From positions 15,996,001 to 16,060,000 of the forward strand of contig JBHGNT010000005.1 of the NCBI GenBank assembly GCA_043228905.1: a stretch of 64,000 nucleotides of DNA, read 5' to 3'. This DNA comes from Azolla caroliniana. Its lineage: Eukaryota; Plantae; Polypodiophyta. The translations under genes and the position numbers were made by a program. Shown piece after piece: positions 13,183 to 26,625 of the stretch (its first letter is position 1; the number at the start of each line of letters is the position of its first letter). The notes under the pieces were generated by a model that was not told where the DNA came from, did not search any database, and saw nothing but the letters and a program-made list of their open reading frames with translations.

Positions 13183-14000
13183 TACATAACCATGATTACC
13201 TCCTATGTAAGTTGAGAAATACCCTGTCGATGGAGTTACATAACCATGATTACCTCATCAAAGATGTTTTGTTGAGGGCGTTCTTCCTCTCATATAGACA
13301 TGACAGCTTTTGCCACATCTCGTAAGCATTCATGTCATTCGCCACATGTTGAAGGACACTTAAATCGACGCACTGTCGAATGGTGGCCACAGCCTTTCTG
13401 TTAAGAAGTTTCCATTCCGACTCTAATACCCCCGTGAGTATTTTTTTTTCTGTCGATGGGCTCGTACAAGCCTTTAACTATGAGAAGGTCCTCCATCTTT
13501 ATCTTCTAGTCTGCATAGTTCTGTGAGTTTAGAACTATCATACCTGGGAAGCCACTCACACCTCCTTCCATGCGTGAACCTCAAGCTCTAACACCAGTTT
13601 GAAGACAAAGCAATCGTTAACTCATGTCAAGAAGAATACGCTGAGAATACGCAACTTAGAACACACACAACAATAGTGTACACAGATTTGACGTGGAATC
13701 CCTAATCGGGGAAAACCACGGGAACAGAGCTTCACTATATAGTGGATATACAAAACAGAGAAGATTACACTCTCTATGGGGTGTATCAGCCTCACAAGGT
13801 TCTTGGTGCCTGTTGTTTCATACACCCAACTATGGCGTCGATCTCTCACTCTTCTTCCACTTGCGATTCAGAACAACACTATAACTCTCACTTTTTGTTT
13901 ACTCACTACATACTCTCGTTTGCCCTAGGTGTATTTATACTCATACATCATATGGGTTATTTACAAGTGTAGCCCCTACTACACATCGTTACTATTATTA

Positions 14001-14751
14001 TGAGAGATGAAGTCTAAAAAACCTAATCGGATGTGGAATTCGACTTCGGGACGGCTAAAGAAGACGAGGACAGATGTAGGGTGAGTGGCCAAAAGAATGA
14101 GCCGTACCCAACCGAACAAGGGGAAGGTAGAGCTGAGAAAGCCAACGCAACCGACTTGAAGATGTGGTCAAGGGCCTGGAAGAAGACAAATCGGAGACAA
14201 TCAATTTGGTTGAGAAGAGTGCTTCGGACAAGCCGAATCACATGGAGATTCGACGGATCTAGGGGCAATGAAGTAAGAGAGGCAAGAAGAAGGCCGACGA
14301 AGGCCTTAGTAGCAGACAAGCCGACCGAGCAAGTAGAGGAGGGAAGGACTGGACAAGTCGAGGAGGGCGAGCTAGGAGGTGTGAAGCCAAGAGATGATGG
14401 GGTGGTGGACCAGCTAGAGTTGACAGAGAACCTCAAGTTGAGCTTGAGGGGGAGTGTTGAGCGAGCGAGCTCAACTTGGGCCGGATCGGCTGAAGAAGCC
14501 GAGAGTTGGATTGGTGAGTAGCCGACATGCCGTTAGGACCGACATTCCTCAAAGGAATAATTTTGGGAGTCAGTGTCAGATGTTCATTTAATGAGAAATC
14601 AGGTACTTGTCAATACTTTTCAACCCATTGTGACGACTTGTATTTAAACTGCTCAGTAAGCACATTATATGTATAGAGTACTCTTATTTTGAATTAAGTT
14701 CTATTGTTGTCTGCTCTATCTCTGTCAGTCTCTCTTCTCTGTGTTTCAACA
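14001..14751 (+). mobile_element. Copia 3' end remnant: purine-rich internal extension, PPT and LTR (14456-14751)
   Basis: 14130-14220 resembles 5020-5120 of the plus-strand Copia. The PPT TTGAGGGGGAG lies directly before TGTTGAGC...TTTCAACA. Confidence 0.65.
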
Positions 14752-15649
14752 TGGCAGTACACCATGGCAGTTTATATCATCAAATTTCAACAGCCTTTAG
14801 ACGTTCATATATTTGGTCTTAGGATAACAATACATCATTGTACATAAAACGTTGTAAGCTTCTAGGTAGATAACTTCAAGTTGTAGCCTTCAGGTGTTTT
14901 TTCTTAATACTATTGAAGGAAATCTTTCAAGGAAAAAAAAATTACATCTCATTTTTCTAACAAGGGGGGAAGGAGGGACCGGAAAAGAGAAAATACTTAA
15001 GTGAGGGTAGGATATTGGGGTTAATCATGTGCGAAACCAAAGCATTGAAAGCTATTTTTACTCCAATAAGAAATAGAAAGAATAGTAGATATAGAAAAAA
15101 ATAGTTGGAAGGGGGGTGGGGGAGAAACAAAAAGAAAACAATGACAAAGAAGAAGAGAAAAACAATTCTCTAAATGCAAGAATGATGTGTGTTCACTAAT
15201 TTTCAAAAAGAGAGAACAAATCATTTGTGTAAATAAAATGGTGCTATGGCAATTGAATCTAATATTAAGGATGTGGGTGTTGTCATTTGCATTGGACACC
15301 AAAACTACCAAGCTTAGGTTTTGCACATAAATATATGTAAACACAACCATCTATGACACAGTAGTAACTGCCTTATTGCACTTCGAGAGGCAAAAATAGC
15401 CATGAGCATGTTCACGTGCCACAACCACAACCACATCTTCTACACAATTTATGGGAACAACAACATCAAATGTTTGTCTTCCCTAGTTAAGAATCCTTGC
15501 CCGCATATTTCACACCTTTCTAACAAATTCTCGCAACATGACCAAGTGGCATCATGTGCTCACCCATCCTAGTACAAGGGAGCCTATATAAATGCATATT
15601 GTGGGTCATTAAAAGGGCAAGAATTTAGGTAGAACTAATTGACAGAAAA

Positions 15650-17770
15650 AGAAGATGTAGAAGATGACACCGCGGTCTACCTACAAGGGGACTTGGAAAA
15701 TCGACAAAAGCTAGAAACTAGTCTAGACATATTTTGCAAGAGATCCAATGCCATGATCAAGTGGCAGAAATCCTGTGCAATATGGCTTTCTCATGAAGCA
15801 CATCCTGCGTGGCACCCCCATCCCGCTTTCAAGTGGATCAATCAAGGAGCGAGCACCAAATATTTGGGTTTCCAAATTGGGTTCAACGTACCTTCGGAGA
15901 CTGTGATTGCACTAGTTGATACATTGGAGTTCAAAAAAACTCTTGCTAGCGGGGAGCATCATAGTGGCAAACCAGGTATTACTCGCAACAACATGGTACA
16001 ACCTATCATGTTGGACAATCTCCAAGGAAAGTATTCACCAAATTCAACGATTGGTATGCAACTACATTTGGTCTGGTAAGGAAGATCATGCAACTCGGGC
16101 CAAGGTGGCATGGTCGATACTCACATCACCTAAGTCGAGAGGAGGATTGAGTCTTATTGATCCCCTCTCACAATCAAAAGCCCTACTCGCCAAATTTGTG
16201 GTGGAAGGACTCCAACCAAGGAATGATTGCTAAGAAATGCTATTGCAGTTACGTTTCACTTACTTTAAGCCAAAAAAAGGGGCCAATTGGGCCCCCCAGA
16301 CTAGATGGATTCTAAACATGGATCTCAAACCTCGTTTCTCCCGCCAATTGGAGGATAGATTCAGTGCATCCATGTGGACGACGTGGTGTGACATTAGACG
16401 AGGGCTCAAGTGCAATCAACCTAACTCTGAACTTGCTTGACTCAGTCAACGTATCCTATGGAACCCATGTATCCGAGATGAATCTAATCAACTAATTGGA
16501 TCAACTAAGGGGTTGTCATGCGGATACATTGCGGAAGGTTCAAGAAAAACTATAGAATGCGGGAGACGGTTTATATGTCATTGCCAATACAAGACCAAGC
16601 CAACATACTCCATGGAATCAGGGGCGGATGGGCTATGAGATTTGAAATCATTAACTCTCTACTGATTAGGGAAATTGCGAATCAAAGGATGACAATGGAG
16701 AAATGGATAGGCTACGAGGAGGAGGGCTCTTTGATCCCAAGAGGTGGGAAATACCAGACATGATTGCAAGCTTTGAATTGCGAGACAATGAGACACCAAC
16801 ACAGAATAAGGCAATTCGAGTACTAGCGTATATTGGGCATAAATTGATTGTAGATCCTGATTCGATCAAGATCACGAAAACACATGGCTACGTAAGGTTA
16901 GTTGGGACCCTTTGCAATGGACATGGCATGACCCTTACGCTCGGCAAGGAAGCAAACCCATCCCTTTCTTTCAATTCACAACTAGATTGGGTCACCATAA
17001 TCTAGTTGCTCAAACCGCTCGGGAGCCGGCTGCTGCAAAGGTCTGGCACACATATCATGTTCCTCACACAATTATCACCAAGTTTTGGTAGAAAATCTGG
17101 AAACAACAACACGCGAAGCGAATCACCACTTTCCAAAGGCTATTAATACACAGGTTGGTGCATGGCAGTGTGGGAACCTTAGCTCTTCTAATTGTGCAAC
17201 GTGCCTAAATGCAGTAGGATCAATCTAACATGCTCTATGGGACTGCCCAGAGTCCCATCGAATATGGCGGGAGTTTGTCGCTTACTGCAATTATGCTAGG
17301 TACAAGGCTTAATCAAGTGGGGAAATGTATGTTGGCTATCATGGTAGGCCCTAGTTGACAGATACGAGCATCAAGAGGAGGGGATGACTTTGGCGATAAA
17401 AGCAGAAGAGGTTTATTTCTCCACCATCGACAATTTCCACTCAACTCGTATCAATGCCAAATCTCAAGTTGTGTTGGAATTGGTCAGCCCAATAACTCTT
17501 TGGATTCTATGGAAACAATGGTGTAGGCAGTTCTTCTCCAATCAAACCGCACAACCAATAGTGTTAATGCAAGAGATATGGAGTGAAGTTGTACTCACTC
17601 TAAAGAGCCAGCCTCAAGGGCGACTCCGATGGAGTTGAAAGACAACGACTAGCCTTCATCCAGCAATGGTCTTCCTCCCCCTTTATGGAGTCGGTGGGCA
17701 TCCATATAAGATGTACCTATCACGTCCCTACAAGGATTTGTATATAATAATCTCATCTTTAAAAAATTTA
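15650..17770 (+). mobile_element. 5'-truncated, degenerate LINE (L1-like ORF2: RT C-terminus and zf-RVT region)
   Basis: Motifs include xDDTAVYL, TKYLGFQIG, AKVAWSILTSPKSRGGLSLID and a C-terminal TLWILWKQW. The 3' end is A/T-rich. Confidence 0.8.
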
Positions 17771-17939
17771 TAACTAATGGAAGGAGTTTGTTTTTGGAAA
17801 AATAAAAAAGAAGAAGAAGTAGATGATCAGGTTTATGAAGAAAGGAAGGAAAGGAAGATTAAAGTAGAAAAAGGAGAGAGCTCATTAATTACATTTACAT
17901 ATTTGGATAATAAAAATTATATTATATTTTGTTAATTCT

Positions 17940-18530
17940 ATGCACAGCATGTGGCGAGTTTTGTGAAACAAACAATGGATCTTAATCTAAAGGTGATGAG
18001 TTCAAGACCTGTTTATACAAATTTACTTTTAAATTATATTTTTGCTTTATTTAATCTTGAATACCTCCAATCCACTATCAAATAGAGGTTGACATGTGTT
18101 TGTGAGGCATGTGACCATCTCACACCAAAAGTGAAGGCGAAGTGCATGTGTGAATAGTAAGAAGTTGTTGTAACGTAAAGGTTGTGAATTTGAGACCTAT
18201 CTCTACACTTGTTTTCCTAAATTATATGTTGTCTAATTTAAATCTTGAATACAACCAATCAAATTGCATTATATAGGTCTGGTGCACGTGTTTGTGAAGC
18301 ATATGACCATCACCCCCCTAAGAACGGGAAGATTGGGTATGAATAATCAAAAGTCATTATTAGCTAAAGGTCATCAGTTTGAGACGTATCACTACAAATT
18401 TAGATTTTCGCTACTTTTAATGTTGAATACCTCCACCTGCTTGCAATATGTAGGCCCATCACCAGTTCATGACGTGTAGGATCATCTCACCCCAATTGTG
18501 AAGGGGGAGTATGAGTGTGAACAGTAAAAA
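17940..18530 (+). repeat. Degenerate tandem repeat, about 180-190 bp unit, about 3 copies
   Basis: AAGGT..TGAGTT(C/T)(A/G)AGAC, TCTTGAATAC and TG..CCATC.CACCC recur at roughly regular spacing. Confidence 0.5.
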
Positions 18531-20639
18531 GTTCATAGGATATATCGGGTAGCTATTAAAATCAACAATTCTATGCATTCAAGGAACCTTAGTGAAAGAG
18601 TTATCATTGGTTCTTCAAATCAAGTGAATGAATCATAGATCACCAATTTGTTGGAGCCTGTGAATATAGCTATGTTGTATCATCCTATTATTGTAATCAT
18701 ATTTCAACACTATACATAAATCTTTCATTTCTCAATCATACCTTTGTGTACATGATTGCCAATGGAAACACTATTCTCCACCCTATACATAAATAATAAT
18801 CATGATGTGGGAATGTGAATGCATTGTGTTTGTAATGGATGAAGAATGACATTCATCAACCTATATCGGTAATAACTCGGATGTCCTAGTGGAAACACAT
18901 ATAATGGCATGATTTCCATAAAGAGGCAATGACAAAAAAAAAAAATTCCCCCAAAAAACTCCTTCCATTAGTTATAAAATTTTACAGATGAGAGTGTTAT
19001 ATACAAATCCCTCTAGGGACATGATAGTTCTATCTTATGTGGATGCCCACTGACTCAAGAAACGGAGACAAAATATAAGCAAGGATTCTTAACTAGGGAA
19101 GACAATGACAAATTTTAGTAATAAATACAAAACTTAAGGATAAAACATTCTGAGACGAAACTTAAACGTGGCATGTTAATTTATGTCGAACATCATTTTG
19201 AAGTTGAGACGAAATGTTCATGTTTCAAGCGCACAAATATATTTGTGGATTTACGAATGGATCTATAGGGTGAGGAAACCCCCATATAAGGGTGTTTTCT
19301 TTTTCTTTTTTTCCCCAAAAAACTATTCTTCAACCCATATAAGGGTGTTTACATATAATCATTTAATTTTATCTCACAATTCATGGGGATCATTATATGT
19401 GTCCAATGCCAACTTCACATTGGATGGTCGTATTAGTTGTAATTGAGTGGAAAAGGTTTAGGTAACACATAAAACAAATAGAATTGCTCAATGCAAGTCC
19501 AAATCATGAGATGGAAGGAAATGTACTCATTTGTATTTAATGAAGACATTTTGCAATTACACTCATGTTGGTTTTTGGTGTTCAATTTAAAGTATGTTAT
19601 AGAAGATAAACTTTTAGCTTCTTATGTTGTTAATTGCCATAATACGCTTTGCAGTATATTCATCATTCCATTTCTTTCATGAAAAAATATGGAGCATTAC
19701 TTAAGTAAAAATTGGAAGCTACTTGTGGTTGTAGGAGGGTGAAAATCATGTGAATTACAAATACAAAACCTAATAAACTTATTTAAAATGATGGATTTTT
19801 CATTAATACGTTCAACTCATATGAAATATATCGATACACACTTGTCCAAGTATTTTTAGAAAATATAGATTACAACGGAATATGATACCTTTCATTGTTA
19901 TGTACGTTTATGTATATACACACAAATAAAAGAAATGTGCATATATGTATTTATATATAAAATATACAGACATACATATTGACCCACAATATTAACTCTT
20001 GACATAGAAAGCATAGACAGAATAGTATTTGGAGGCATGTGTATCACCTTCTTTCACATCTTTAGTTGAGGGAGGCAAACCACGTCTAGTTTTGACACGT
20101 TGAACATAAGTAACGACACCAAGAGGCTCCCTTTATATAGCAACAAAATATCATTAAGTAGTTGTTTCTTTTCTATAATTCTAACACATCTTTAAGTAGC
20201 TAGCTTTTGTATAATTTATGTTAATTTAGTTATTAGTCTTATTCTCTTGATTTTAATCTAGAGGCATAATGGTTTTCTATATTGCATAAATTTCAGGTTC
20301 TTAGTAAGACAATATGCATTATTTTCCCAAAAAAGGAGCTACATTCCCATTAGTTAGAAGAGATTTTTATAGAAAGACTATACAAGTATATAAGTAAGGG
20401 AATCACTCGACGATCGAGTTCAAGAATATGAGACTACATATCCTCTCTTACTTTCTACTTAATGTAAGTATGTATCTATAGCTATAAACTAGTGGCAATA
20501 ATCACCAGGCAACATGAGCCCAATCTTCCGGCCTTGAATGGAGGGAGGGTGCAAGGGGAGTAGGAAAAAACCAGCGTGGGGTGGGGGTTGGTAGTTCCAC
20601 CTCGTGTCGTTTCTTCCTTGCGTCACCATCGGTGTGTTC

Positions 20640-23600
20640 TATCGGGATTAGCTCCCTTCTAATCGTGAGAAAGACCGACTGTGGAATAGACAATATCATG
20701 AAAGACAAAAACACAATAAATACACAATACACAGTGTTTAAAGTGAAAACCCTAAACAGGGAAAACCATGGGAGAATAGATCTTCACTATATAATGGATA
20801 TACAAGACGCTGAGATTACAATACTCTTGCCACATAGTGTAGCAGCCTCACAGGGCTTTTGATGTCGAAGCTCACTCAGTTATGGCGTCATTTCCTCTCT
20901 CTCTCATTCACGCTCTCTTCACTGTCACACTACACTACATAGGCTCACACACTATTATGTTCAACTCTCGAATCTATATGTTTGCCCTAAGTGTATTTAT
21001 ATTTATACACTATATGGGGGCTATTTACAAATGACCACTACTACTATCATTCCTATTATGACAATAAGACTTAATAAATCGACTGGTCGACTCTAGTGTC
21101 GACTGTCCAATCGACCCGACTAGTCAGCCTTATCTTCGACCATTCGGTCGGCCCGACTAGTTGGTCGTGTCTTTAACTTGGACTCTCCTACTGTTGACCC
21201 CCTCATTCGTCTCTCCATGTCTTTGACTGTCGCCACTCGGCCCGACCAGTCACCAACATGCATAGGAGGTACATATTCCTAACAAACTCCCCCTTCACTC
21301 CTATGGGTCGAGTCGGCTAGTCATGTCCTTTGTCGACAGACTTTGAGTCTATCCATCAGTAGGTTCTTTGTAAACATGTTGGATCCATTGTTGTCAGTAT
21401 GGATCTTGACAAGGGTAAACTCTCCTTCCTCCAGTTTCTCCCACAACCAGTGATACCTTCTCTATGTGTTTGGTTCGGGAGTGGTACGTGGCATTCTTTG
21501 CTACGTATATGGCACTCTGGTTGTCACAATGAAGCAAGAACTCCCTTTACTTCATCCCCAACTCACTGAGAAAATTTCTCATCCTGATTAGGTCTTTGCC
21601 GGCCTCTACCGTTGCCATGTACTCTGCCTCAGTGGTTGGCAAGGGCAAAGACTTCTACGGTCGTGACTGTCACAACATTGCTCCTACTACGTAGGTGATC
21701 ACATACCCGAAAGTGGATCGACTTGAGTTTGCATCCCCCAACATGTCTGAGTCGGTAAACCCCTCGAGCATGGGTTTTCTGACACCATACCTAAGACACA
21801 CACATGAGGTGCCTTTTAAGTACTTGAGTATCTATTTTACAGCTGCACAATGTTCTCTGCTTGGATTACTCATGTATCGGCTTACTGCTCCCACAACAAA
21901 TGCTATGTCTAGTCTCGTGCAGATCATAGCATACATTAAACTGTCGACGGATGAGACGCACGGTACTTTCTTCATCTCAGCCTTTTCTTTCTCCCCTCTC
22001 GGGCATTTTTGGCATTCATCTTGTAGTTGGTCGGAAACACAAAGCCAATCGGCTTTGCCTCCGACATGTTGAATCTATCTAGGATCTTCGTCACGTATTT
22101 CTCTTGTGGCATCCACAACACTTTGTTAGTTCTATCTCGAACTATGTGCATCCCTAAGATCTATTTTGCCGGTTCAAGATCTTTGATGGCAAACGACTTG
22201 CCTAATGCTTTCTTCAAGCTCACAATCTTCTTCGTGTCTTGTCCGACTATCAATATGTCATCCACCTTTCGGTAGTTCTACCAGTTCATAGGTGTAGTTC
22301 TCATGCAAGGAATCCATCTCATCTTGCATTGCACTTAGTCATTTCTCCTTGTGCTTGTTGGCCATGACTTCTTCATAGCACTCAGGTTCACCTTCATCAG
22401 TCAAGAGAATGTATTGACTGGGATTTCAATAGTTTAGCATGGGAGAGCATGCTCCTTACTCTCTCCATGGTTGTTCGATTCATCCTCTCTGCAAGCCCGT
22501 TCAACTCCACAGTCTTTGGTACAATGTATTTGATTCAAATACCTTGGGCCTTGCAGTATTCCTCGAACTACCCTTTATATTCGCCACCATTGTCGGTTTG
22601 GACAGCCTTCAACTTCCGACCCGGCTCCCATTCAGTTCTTGCTTGGAACTTCGTAAACATTGACAATACTTGATCCTTCAACTTGAGTACGAGGCCCATG
22701 TCTTCCAACTATAGTCGTCAATAAATGTTACGAAGTATTGTCCACCTCGATGTGACAGAGCATCTACATAGCACACATCTGTGGGCACTAGTTCCAGTGC
22801 AACTTCTTTTCTTCTTGGTGGTCTTTGTGTGGAATGCCGCTTGGTTCTGCTTTCTAACTAAGCAATCGACACACTTCTCCAAATGAATTTCTTTCACTTT
22901 TGGGAGAAGTTCTTGGTTTTCCAAGATGTGCATTCCTTTTTCACTCATGTCACTGAGCCTCTTATGCCATAACTCTCCATTCGAGTCGGCTACCACATTC
23001 ACTTCCGACTTGCACAGTCAAGCATGCATCATATACAGTGCACCCTCTTTTTGTGTTCGTGCCACTATGAGGTTTCCACGGTAGAATTTCCACATGTTGT
23101 TTCGGAAGCTACCACTGTAGGCTTTGCCATCGAATCTTCCAGTCGATATCAGATTCAATCTGATATTGGGGACATGTCGAACCTCCGTCAACATCAGTCG
23201 ACAACTAGTCAACATCATCAAGCAAATGCTTCCAATGCTAGCTATCCTGCATTCTCCATTATCTACCATCTTTACATAGCCATGATCCCTGACTATGTAA
23301 GTTGAAAAAACTTCTCTTGACGGAGTTATGTGGAATGATGCACTTGAGTCGATTACCCAAGTGCACTCTTCACTTGCAAGATTTGTGCTTGCCTGCTCAC
23401 AAATGAACATGATCTCCTCCACACTTGTAGCTACGACCGATGTGCCCTTTTCATTAGGAATCTTCCTAGGTTCAACATTATTGCCGACACTCTTGTTCTT
23501 CTTGAGGTGTCGGCAACCCTTCTGAAAGTGTCCAAGCTTTCCACAATAGAAGCATGTTAGCTTACCTTTGGACTTGGATCTAGCATGGAACTTTTCTCTC

Positions 23601-25874
23601 CTTGGTGGACTCCTTTGCCGGTATGTTGAGTCAGGTTTGACTCCGATTGGACGAGGACAGTCTTGTCCATCCTTCTCGTCTCCTCGTTCAATATGATTGT
23701 CTTTACCGCTTGTAGAGACAAGTTTTCTTCTTGACTACCTCGTGTCACCACCAGGTTCTCCCAATTGTCTGGCAAGGTACACAATAGCAGGATGGCCTAC
23801 GTTGCATCTTCAAGGGGAAACTTAGTTGTCACAAGTTGGTTCACATACCCCATCAATGTGCTTATGTGTTCGACTATGCTTTCCCCATACCTGTATTTCA
23901 GTTTCACAATCTTTCTCATCAAAGATGTTTTGTTGAGAGCTTTCTTCCTCTCATATAAGCCTAACAGCTTCTGCCACATCTCGTAGGCATTTGTGTCGTT
24001 CACCACATGTTGAAGGACAGTCACATCGACACACTATCGGATGGTGGTCACCACCTTTCTATTAAGAAGTTTCCATTCCGACTCTAATACCCCCTGGGTA
24101 TTTCTGCTCTATCGATTGGCTCGTACCGGTCTTTGACTATGAGGAGGACCTCCATCTTTATATACCATTGCATAGTTTTGAGAGTTTAGAACTATCATGC
24201 CTGGGAAGCCACTCACACCTCCTTCCATCTTCCCCTCGATGCTCTAATACTAGTTTGTTGGGATTATCTCCCTTCTAATTGTGAGAAAGACCGATTGTGG
24301 AATAGACAATATCGCGGAAAGACAAAAACGCAGCAAATACACAATACACAGTGTTTAACGTGGAAACCCTAAACGGGGAAAACCACGGGAGAACAAATCT
24401 TCACTATATAGTGGATATCCAAGATGACGAGATTATAACACTCTTGCCATAGAGTGTAGCAACCTCATAGGGCTCTTGACGTCTAAGCTCACTCCGCTAT
24501 GGCGTCGTTTCCTCTCGCTCTCACTCACGCTCTCTTCACTATCGGACTACACTACAGAGGCTCACACACTATTCTGTTCAACTCTCTAATCTACATGTTT
24601 GCCCTAAGTATATTTATACTTAAATACACTATATGGGCTATTTACAAATGTAGTCACTACTATTGTCACTCCTATTATAACAATAATAGTTAATTAGTCG
24701 ACTGGTCAATTAGTCGACTCCAATATGGACTGTCCAATCGGCCTGACTAGTAGCGATCGACAACGACTTGGCTCAAACCTAAACGGTTTGGCTTAGCTGG
24801 CTTGAAATTGGCTTAGCGGCTTAGCGGCTCGGCTCGGCTCGGTTTAGGCTTGAACTTGCCTTAACGGTTTGAGCTCAGCTCGGCTTGGCTTGAGCCTCGC
24901 CAAACTGGCTCATGCCAACTAAACCATTTAAGCCATTTATAAACTTTAGAGAGAGGGGGAGAGAGAGAGAGAGTGAGGGAGGGAGAACTACACAGACGAG
25001 GAGAGAGAGAGAGAGAGGGAGGGAGACAACATATAAGGAGAGAGAGAGAGAGAGAGAGAGTGAGGGAGACTAAACAGACGATGGGAGAGAGAGAGAGTGA
25101 GGGAGGGAGAACTACACAAACGAGGAGAGAGAGATAGAGGGAGGGAGACAACATATAAGGAGAGAGAGAGAGAGAGAGAGAGGAACTACATAGAGGGGAG
25201 AGAGAGAGAGAGAGACTACACAGAGGGGGGAGAGAGAGAGAGAGGGAGAGAGTCGAGACCACAGATGTGAGAGAGAGAGAGAGGAACTACATAGAGGGGA
25301 GAGAGAGAGAGAGACTACACAGAGGGGGGAGAGAGAGAGAGAGGGAGAGAGTCGAGACCACAGACATGAGAGAGAGTGGGAGGGAGAGCTTGTACAATGT
25401 ATAGTATATAGTGGATCATCTGAGAGAGAGGGGGGGAGGTAGGGAGAGTGAGAGTGAGAGGGAGGTTTCTAAGGTGAACCACGCATCTAACCTGCGGGCG
25501 GACGCGTGGGGCAGAAGGCTCATAGTACCCGCCAAACCGGTTTCCTAACCGTTTACCAAGCCGGTTCACAAACCGGTTTAGCATAAACCGGTTTGTGAAC
25601 CGGCTCGGCTCAGGTTTGAGATCTCGTAAACGGTTTAGGCTTAGCCGGTTTGGCCTGATCCAAGCCAAACCGGCTAAGCCTAAACCGAACTGTTGTTGAT
25701 CCCTACTGACTAGTCGGCTTTATCTTTGACCATTCGGTCGGGCCAACTAGTTGGTTATGTCTTCGACTTGGACTCTCCTACTGTCAACCCCCTCAGTCGA
25801 TGCTCCATGTCTTCGACTGTTGGCACTCGGCTTGACTAGTCGGCAACACGCATAGGAGGGACATATTCCTAACA
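20640..25874 (-). mobile_element. Internally deleted Ty1/Copia element with both LTRs
   Basis: The 3' LTR is 20640-21284 and the PPT is 21285-21297. The 5' LTR is 24256-25874, interrupted by a MITE, with a degenerate Met-i PBS at 24241-24252. The imperfect TSD is TGTTC/TTTTC. It carries gag (TNAYEMWQKL), protease WVIDSSASFH and GAG-pre-integrase LWHKRL, with deletions near 22268 and 22430. Confidence 0.88.
24751..25705. mobile_element. Non-autonomous hAT-family MITE inserted in a Copia LTR
   Basis: An exact 8-bp TSD CTGACTAG flanks it (24743-24750 and 25706-25713). The TIRs are TAGCGATCGACAAC and GTTGTTGATCCCTA. Subterminal AAACCG/CGGTTT and GGCTT/AAGCC repeats surround a GA-rich centre. Confidence 0.9.
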
Positions 25875-26096
25875 TTTTCCTCCATTTATGTTTATTGCAA
25901 GAATCATATCATTAAGCATCATATAGGCAACTTTAATAACTCAAGTTTGCCAAGTGATCATAAAACGATTATGCAAAATGTATACTCTTTGTTTCATAGG
26001 GAGGCCTCTTATGGAAAGTTTAATCTCTTAAGGAATTGTCATTTTATAAAGTTTAGTCAGAAGTTCGAAAAAGTGTGCCAAGGTTTTCATAATATA

Positions 26097-26625
26097 TGTT
26101 ACAAGACAAACATGACAATAGTCGTGTCAAGATTTGAACTCTTGATCTCTTATATATAGTCAAGTGTTGTGTTCTAACCAACACATCCAAATATATGGTC
26201 ATGTTTTATGTATCTTAGCATATATATTATTAGTAGATTATCTATTTCAAGTTCTAGGAGTTTTTAGAAAGTTTTAGAACTAGAAGGTTCTAGAGGGTTC
26301 TAGAATATTCTCCCAAATATTCTAATGCATGTACTTCGACTCACAGTATAAATACTTGTAATCTCCTTGGTCCCTTTCAAGGGATTCAACACCAGTCATT
26401 GACACATCAATCTAGTATTCTCGTTTCGCCCCATCTTCTCTCCTTGATTTACAGCTCTGTCTTTATGCTCTTGTATTATTCCTAGCGTCTTAAGTTCCTT
26501 ATCTTGTCGCTCCCAACTTCCCGAGTTTCTATCCCCATCACGTTGAGTTCCACGTTCGTAACCTTATCGATCGTAGCCTCGTCATCTATGCTTTGTCGTA
26601 GTCTAGAGTTGGTGTGTCCGTGACA
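26097..26625 (+). mobile_element. Solo LTR (chromovirus-like)
   Basis: It runs TGTTAC...GTGACA with flanks ATATA/GTATA (4/5 TSD). TTCTAGAATATTCT repeats, TATAAATA and GATTTGAAC motifs are shared with the other chromovirus LTRs. Confidence 0.65.

Larger units (their letters stand above)
5311..14000 (-). mobile_element. Degenerate Ty1/Copia element (Tnt1/Tork-like), interrupted by a chromovirus at 8979-13182
   Basis: The 3' LTR is 5311-5874 and the PPT is 5875-5887. A truncated 5' LTR spans 13600 to about 14000, with a degenerate Met-i PBS (TGGTGTTAGAGC) at 13585-13596. RT motifs [24 protein letters not shown] and LLLYVDDML and the RNase H motif STTEAEY are present. Confidence 0.9.

Noticed and set aside
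14752-14770. PBS after the LTR ending at 14751 (TGGCAGTACACC)
   Set aside because: It matches no tRNA 3' end I recognise. The LTR is preceded by a PPT, so it is a 3' LTR.
20502-20732. GC-rich minus-strand ORF as exon 2 of the DUF3455-like gene
   Set aside because: It lacks the expected QR..T.GG/PY...Y motifs, and it starts inside a Copia LTR.
24861-25668. Leu/Ser-rich ORFs
   Set aside because: They are translations of (GA)n microsatellite inside the MITE.
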